Below are positions 57,787 through 64,000 of a stretch of DNA of 64,000 nucleotides, one piece after another (within the stretch, counting starts at the first letter, position 1; every line of letters starts with the position of its first letter). The notes below the pieces were generated by a model that worked only from the letters and a program-made list of their open reading frames with translations, made no database searches and was not told the origin of the DNA. Location of the stretch: the NCBI GenBank assembly GCA_002269645.1, contig NIVC01000305.1, positions 62,001 through 126,000 on the forward strand, given 5' to 3'. Both the position numbers and the translations under genes were made by a program. This DNA is from Macrostomum lignano. Its lineage: Eukaryota.

Positions 57787-60049
57787 TTAAGCGGGCCCAG
57801 CACTGTCAGGATTGGCACTGTCTCCCTGTTTCTGCTCCAACTTTGCTCGCTTTTTCGCCCTCTTTGCTGCGTACTTTTCCCAACGTCGGTGGTCGAGTTC
57901 GCGAAAGTCTTCAACATCGGCGATGGCTTCGAGGTACTCGGCGATGCGAATCAGCTCCCTGTCGTGCTGGCGATGCTGGTGCGCCTGACGAAACGGTCGG
58001 ATTCTGAGTCCACTCTGCGGATTCATCGCGAAATTCCGTCGAATATCGTCAATCATGATGGTGTTGCTGGCCGAGTACTGCGGGTACTGGCCCCAGATCA
58101 CCGCTAGCGGCTTCACGTTCACATTGGCTTCATCTTCTTCGCAGTACACGGAGATGCAGGCCAACGAGTCAACTAGTAAACTGATTTTAAACATTTCGCT
58201 GGCGAACAGGCGCATTTCGCCCAGCTTAGAATAGATCCACTTCATACTGGTGGCCGACCAGATTGCTATGTCGTAGTGCGGATAAGCAACCTGCAGATGA
58301 GTAAGAAGTAAGAAGTCATATAGACAGGTACTAGAATAGCTAGACGCGAATCGCAAAAAAGCTTCATCTCCTAAAAATAAGCCTCGGGTTTTCTACAAGC
58401 AGATAATTAAATTAGCATCTTCATCGCGTTTTACAGACTCCACATTGCCCCAGACTCAAAATAATTGATTTAAAAAAATGAAATCTAGTTTTTCAAGCAA
58501 GAGAGAAAAGGAGGTGGCGCCCAGCCCCCAGCCAGGCGGATAAACAGTTTGGCTTTCCTCTTGCCCGCTTGTCTGAGTTTGACCTCTCTCCTTACTGCTT
58601 TCTCATTGGCTGAGCTAGATTTGGCCTGCCCCCAGGCTAAGTTTCGTCCGTCTAACTTGGACCTCTCTCCCTACTGCTCTCTCATTGGCTGAGCTAAATT
58701 GGGCCTGCCCCGTTAGTTTGAGTTTCATCCGTCTGACTTTGACCTCTTTCTCCTTACTGCTCTCTCATTGGCTGAGCTAGATTGGGCCTGCCCCCAGGCT
58801 AAGTTTCGTCCGTCTGACTTGGACCTCTCTCCCGACTGCTCTCTCATTGGCTGAGCTAGATTGGGCCTGCCCCCTAGTTTGAGTTTCATCTGTCTGACTT
58901 TGACCTCTTTCTCCTTACTGCTCTCTCATTGGCTGAGCTAGATTGGGCCTGCCCCTCCCGCAGTCTGAGTTTCGTCCGCCTTGCGTTCACTTGTCTACAT
59001 AGAGTTAAACGCTTGTTGTTCATTATTGGCCCCATATGCTCGAGGCGGGGCCGCCAACCCCGAGAAAGGAAAGAATTTTAGCTGCCACATTTAAATCGCG
59101 TTACAATTATTTATTTAGCCTCACAGAAGCGATTGAAAAATCGGTCTAATTGCCTTACCGTCAACAGGTGATGAATATACGGCCGAGTCAGCTCGTCAAT
59201 ATGACTACCAACAGACTTGTGATCAAAGAATGTGTAATCAATGTCCAGCACTAGCAGCTTCTTGCCAGCCCTGGGAGCTTGCAGCTCGGTGATTTTGTAT
59301 TCGCGAATTCGGCGCTCAATTTTGTCCAGATATTCGGGTCGGTGCTCGAGTTTCACTTCGCCATCGCAGTAGGCTTCATTATCTTCAAGGAATTCAACTG
59401 ATTCGTGCTTTTCTTCTGTTACCTACAGTAGGCAGGTGGAGATGGTCAAAGTGCAGTCACATTAATTTGGGACTCAATCGGAATCTCGGCTTGGGTCTGC
59501 TCGTGCAATTAGGAGCGCAACTTCCAGATTGAGGGCCAACCCCCAAGGCACAGTGAAGTTTACATGCCTAACGATAAATAAAGTTAGGGCCGCTGTACAC
59601 TCCTGTGTGAGAGTGTGCCTGTGCGTATGACTGCGCACGTATCCGCGCGCCTGTGTGCCTGCCTGTTCAGGGGAGTCGGTGGAATGGGCAGTAATTGTGT
59701 GACAATTTCGCTTAAAGTGCGCACAGCCCCAGCCTCTAATAAAAAATGGCGCAGAAAATTTAGCGCCTATTTTTACCTGTTTGATTTCAGCATCAGGCGT
59801 ACCAATGAGCATCAGTTTGCTGCCATTTTTAACGCCAAGCTCACTAAGCTTAGCCGAACTGACAGACAGATTTTTGCCTTTCAATCCCAGCAGCTTCATG
59901 TTATCAGGCGCCACTCTAGTGGCGTCGTATAGCAGGCTTTGCAGTTGAGCCAGGCTGGAATCTGAGCTCAAACTGTTGATTTGAATCTCTTTGCCGGAGT
60001 ATTTTACGCTGAAGGCTATGGTGCCCGGTTCCGATACAGCCGCGGCCAT
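57787..60049 (-). CDS. UBLCP1: Ubiquitin-like domain-containing CTD phosphatase 1, 3 exons (60049-59777, 59422-59159, 58290-57787), 346 aa
   Basis: N-terminal UBL (VKYSGKE...LYDATRV.P.NMKLLGL), HAD motif LVLDIDYTFFD, IWSATSMKW, VKPLAVIWG, TIMIDDIRRNFAMNPQSGL. All phase-0 GT-AG introns. Confidence 0.93.
58575..58960. repeat. About 80-bp tandem repeat (about 5 units, alternating variants) in UBLCP1 intron 2
   Basis: GACCTCT recurs at 58581, 58660, 58741, 58822 and 58902. Confidence 0.85.
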
Positions 60050-61345
60050 GTCGGATTGCAAAGTCGGGGCAAATTTGAGGAAACAACGAAAAGTGCTCAA
60101 CTATATTGAATTCTGTTTGAAGCATACGCTGAAATTGAGATTAAAAATTTCAGCAAAAAATTGGCTGACAAATTTTTGATAACAAGTGCTCGAACAAGAA
60201 CAATGGAGAATACGAGTGGCTTATTACAGGTTGAGTAAATATGACGGGGTTCAAGTATTGAATTTGACAAAAAAGAGTCAAACTGGAGCCTGAAGCATTG
60301 TGAGCCTCGATTCCTCTAATGCCAATCTCTTCATTTTGGAGCCAAATAGGTCATGTTATTCCAAAAACTCAACCACTTTAGCATTTAAGGATCTGTATGG
60401 GGAGAAATGGGGATTTCATGTGAACTTAAGGCTCCAGAGTGGTGCCTGAAGCATTGGGTCCCGATTTGGAGCTTCAAATGCTTAAATGACGAGATGACTA
60501 TGATAAACGCTCTTTTTATGTTTCTATGAAAAATAGGAGCGATGGTAATGTTAATCCCCCAACCCCAGCTCTCATTGTTTCCCCGCCTTGATGGAGACAT
60601 ATCGTGGTGCTAAACTACCTCACAACCATTTCTCCCCATAGACATCCCCAGATGCTGAAATGGTCGGGTTTTCTGCATAACGGGACGTATTTGGCTCCCA
60701 ATGAAGAGATTGACGTAGAGAAATCAGGACCTAAAATTTCGGGCTCCATTTTGACCCTGAAGTTGATATCCTCTTTTAGCAGTAACTTTCACGAAGAGAG
60801 CTTATATGCAAACACGTCCCACAATAACCTTTGCCTTGTTGTATAACAGTAATATTTAACCAGTAATCAATTACATATCAAAGGAAGTGTTTAAATTTAT
60901 AACCAATGTCATTTTAAAGGGCATGAGATCCTTATCATTAAGAGAATTTGCGCTAAACACAGTCTAAACTGAACAGGCCTGGATAGCGGAAGGGCATTAA
61001 TGTATAGTCAACACTTTCATATCGGCCCACTTAAACCAAATTTTCGAACCATTTTCTATCGTCACTGCCTTAGCTACCCCCTTGAAAGACGGTGGAACCA
61101 CAGATTCGAATTGCACAAGTCTGCACTATGACCTATCACGCGATTTGGTGGAAGCAAACTAAACTTTAAACACAATTGATAAAGCGCACGGAGAGAGGTA
61201 TTGGGTGATAATTGCGTAGATAACGCGGGGGGACATGTTCCTATATAAATAACACGCAATAGTATGGCTGGGTTACTTTGGTCTAGGCAAGCTCATTACC
61301 AAACTTTAGACTCCTACATACTAAGACAGAACGAAGGTACAAACG

Positions 61346-62743
61346 ATGAAGTTCTCCCTAGTAATTGCCGTTTTTGCCTGCACCTTTTGCCTTGCCGTGA
61401 GCGATAAAGTGAAGTTCAAGGACTGTGGTAAGTGGATCTAATAAAGAAAACTATACTGGAAACTATTCGTTTCAAGTGTCTGCTTCTGTGAATCAACTTT
61501 TTAGCCGTTCACAATCCTTCGATTTCGACGCAACGATCTCAGTTAGCCAATTTGTCTATGACACAGGACCCTTCATTAGCAGTGTCGATGACCCTCCATC
61601 AGCCAGTGTACGATCCTTAATCAGCTAGTGTATGACCCTCCATCAGCCAGTGTATGACCCTCCATTAGCAGTGTCTATAACCCTCCATTAGCCAGTGTCT
61701 ATGACCCTCCATTAGCCAGTGTCTATGACCCGTCATTAGCCACTCTATGATCCTCCATTAGCCAGTCTGTGATCCTCCATTAGCAGTGTTTCTGAGCACC
61801 CATTAGCAATGTGTCTGACCCTCCATTAGCAGTGTCTTTGACGCTTCATTATCCAGTGGCTATGACCCATCATTAGCAGTGTCTATTACCCTCCATTAGC
61901 CAGTGGCTATGACCCATCATTATCAGTGTCTAAGACCCGCCATTAACCAGTGTCTATGACCCTTTATTAGCAGTGTTTATGAGCACCCATTAGCAGTGTT
62001 TATGACCCTCTATTAGCAGTTTATGAGCACCCATTAGCAATGTCTCTGACCCTCCATTAGCAGTTTATGAGCACCCATTAGCAGTGTCTATGATCCTCTA
62101 TTAGCAGTGTTAATGAGCACCCATTAGCAGTGTTTATGACCCTCTATTAGCAGTTTATGAGCACCCATTAGCAGTGTCTATGATCCTCTATTAGCAGTGT
62201 TAATGAGCACCCATTAGCAGTGTCTATGACCCTAGCTATTAGCAGTCCTTATGACCCTCCATAAGCCAGTGTCAATATGATCATCAATTCCGCAGGCTCA
62301 ACAGCCGGCAAGATCGTCAGCGTGGACATCAATCCCTGCCCGAAGATGCCGTGCGAGTTCAAGCGCGGCACCAAAGTTGGCGCAAGCATCACCTTCCAAT
62401 CCTCGGAAGCGTCCACCGCAGTCAAGTCCGTGGTGCATGGCATCCTCGGTGGCATCCCGGTGCCTTTCCCGCTACCAGATTCGAACGCTTGCAACACGAT
62501 GAGCCCGAAATGCCCCCTGGCAACTGGCAGTCAATACGTGTACACCAACCAGCTAGAAGTACTGCAGTCTTATCCATCGGTAAGAGGCATGCAAAAAACC
62601 ACAACTCGTCTCTGTAACCTTCAGTATTAACTATCAATTCTCTCCCACAAAAATTCCAGCTCGCCGTGTTGGTCAAATGGGAACTGATTGATCCCAACAG
62701 CAAGGATTTGGTCTGCTTTGAGATTCCCGTCAGGATTGTTTAA
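61346..62743 (+). CDS. NPC2: NPC2/ML-domain sterol-binding protein, 3 exons (61346-61427, 62296-62579, 62660-62743), 149 aa
   Basis: Signal peptide, FKDCGS, CPKMPCEFKRGT, VHGILGGIPVPFPLP, VKWEL..CFEIPV. Canonical splice sites with matching phases. Confidence 0.93.
61560..62270. repeat. About 23-bp minisatellite CCATTAGCAGTGTCTATGACCCT in NPC2 intron 1
   Basis: Directly visible, with variable units. Confidence 0.9.
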
Positions 62744-63172
62744 TAAGTTGTCGCCAAAAAAGAACTATGTATAAAGCATTGGTTTCTGGGACATTTCACT
62801 TACCGATAATAAACTATAATATCTAGGCTGACTTCAATTTATCTGGTTTCAGACAATAATTCTAAATACACTCTACCTACTTACAGTATTATATGCAAAC
62901 TAAAATACACATCATACGAAAAAACCTCAACCTGACAAAACAAAACAACAACTAAAAACTTGACATTATGAACATGTGGCGACAAAATAATAGAAAATAT
63001 ATTTAATGTCAATGCTAGCAATGCACTTATTTTCTGCAGTATGACTATATAAACTACGAAAAGCAACGAAGGATGTTTAGTCAAAATACAATGATCTAAT
63101 TAGCTGACGAGGCATTGTAATCATAGTTGTACTCCAACCGTTTACCTTAATATTAAAATGCAAGTTATAGAA

Positions 63173-63568
63173 TTACACAGGAACATTGGCATACTTGGCG
63201 TAGGCCTTATTATTAATCTTCTGTAGAATATAGCCCAATTGTTGACCGGGACCAACTTCGTAGACGTTCGGTTGCGGTGTATCGGAGCGTCGTCTAGTGA
63301 GAGAGGTGACAATCTGATGCCATTTCACACTGGAGTGCATCTGCTTCACCAACAGCTTCGCTATGGACTCAACTGTACGCGGCGGTTTCACAGCTACATT
63401 TGAATAAACTGGAATTCGAGGCACCCGAATAGTGCACTTGTTCAGAGCTCGGGTCAGAGTCTTGGCTGCTGGGTACATCAGATCCGTGTGGAAAGCGCCA
63501 CTCACTTCTAGCGGCTTGCAGGAGGCGATGCCAAAGTCTTTATGATGCTGTTGGATGTACTGCATTGC
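63173..63568 (-). CDS. MCAT: Last exon of malonyl-CoA:ACP transacylase (mitochondrial type)
   Basis: LEVSGAFHTDLM, PVYSNV, VKW, EVGPGQQLGYIL. Acceptor CACCAG at 63569; upstream exons lie outside the window. Confidence 0.85.
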   Translation of the reverse strand, partial: AMQYIQQHHKDFGIASCKPLEVSGAFHTDLMYPAAKTLTRALNKCTIRVPRIPVYSNVAVKPPRTVESIAKLLVKQMHSSVKWHQIVTSLTRRRSDTPQPNVYEVGPGQQLGYILQKINNKAYAKYANVPV

Positions 63569-63604
63569 CTGGTGTGAACAGTGTTAATAGTATTCGGTAA
63601 GCCG

Positions 63605-64000
63605 ATATGCCATGGCTCAACGGGGGAGCTGCTGAGATGCCATAGACTCAAGGGGAGTTGCTGAGATTCCATAGACTCAAGGGGGGTTGCTGAGATGCCA
63701 TAGACTCAGGGAGAGCTGCTTAGATGCCATAGACTCAAGGGTAGTTGCTGAGGTACCATGGCTCAATTGGGGAAGTTGCTGAGGTGCCATAGACTCAGGG
63801 AGAGCTGCTGAGAGGCCATAGACTCAAGGGTAGTTGCTAAGGTACGATGGCTCAATGGGGGAGCTGCTAAGATGCCATAGACTCAAGGGGAGCTGCTAAG
63901 ATGCCATAGACTCAAGGAGAGCTGCTGAGATGCCATAGACTCAAGGGTAGTTGCTGAGGTACCATGGCTCAATTGGTGAAGTTGCTGAGGTGCCATAGAC
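63605..64000. repeat. About 29-30-bp intronic minisatellite GCTGAGATGCCATAGACTCAAGGG(G)AG(C/T)T
   Basis: Directly visible; runs to the window end. Confidence 0.9.

Noticed and set aside
59474-60100. 208-aa ORF as a single-exon protein
   Set aside because: It is UBLCP1 exon 1 (ATG 60049) reading through into intron 1 past the donor at 59776.

Overview
Eukaryotic (animal) genomic DNA with GT-AG introns and many repeats. Gene style and satellite-filled introns suggest a free-living flatworm such as Macrostomum; this is inference and unverified. The right end holds ordinary housekeeping genes: a class IV (SIRT6/7-like) sirtuin whose intron is a ~4 kb satellite, UBLCP1, NPC2 and the last exon of MCAT. 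The left ~50 kb is an accessory region containing a cluster of small secreted-protein genes: a Cys-rich repeat + 2xWSC gene, three PAN-like + unnamed-domain paralogues, two PAN + F5/8 (fucolectin-type) paralogues plus a fragment, a PAN + LamG-like gene, and a probable (APATEG)n repeat protein. Most copies carry their own disabling lesion. Interspersed mobile DNA includes a young full-length Ty3/Gypsy element with identical LTRs, a non-autonomous LTR element, a MITE, and remnants of Ngaro/DIRS, P-element, Crypton, Maverick/Polinton, LINE and Gypsy elements, plus more than ten distinct tandem arrays. All gene models were spliced and translated by eye, and family calls come from motif recognition, not database searches.
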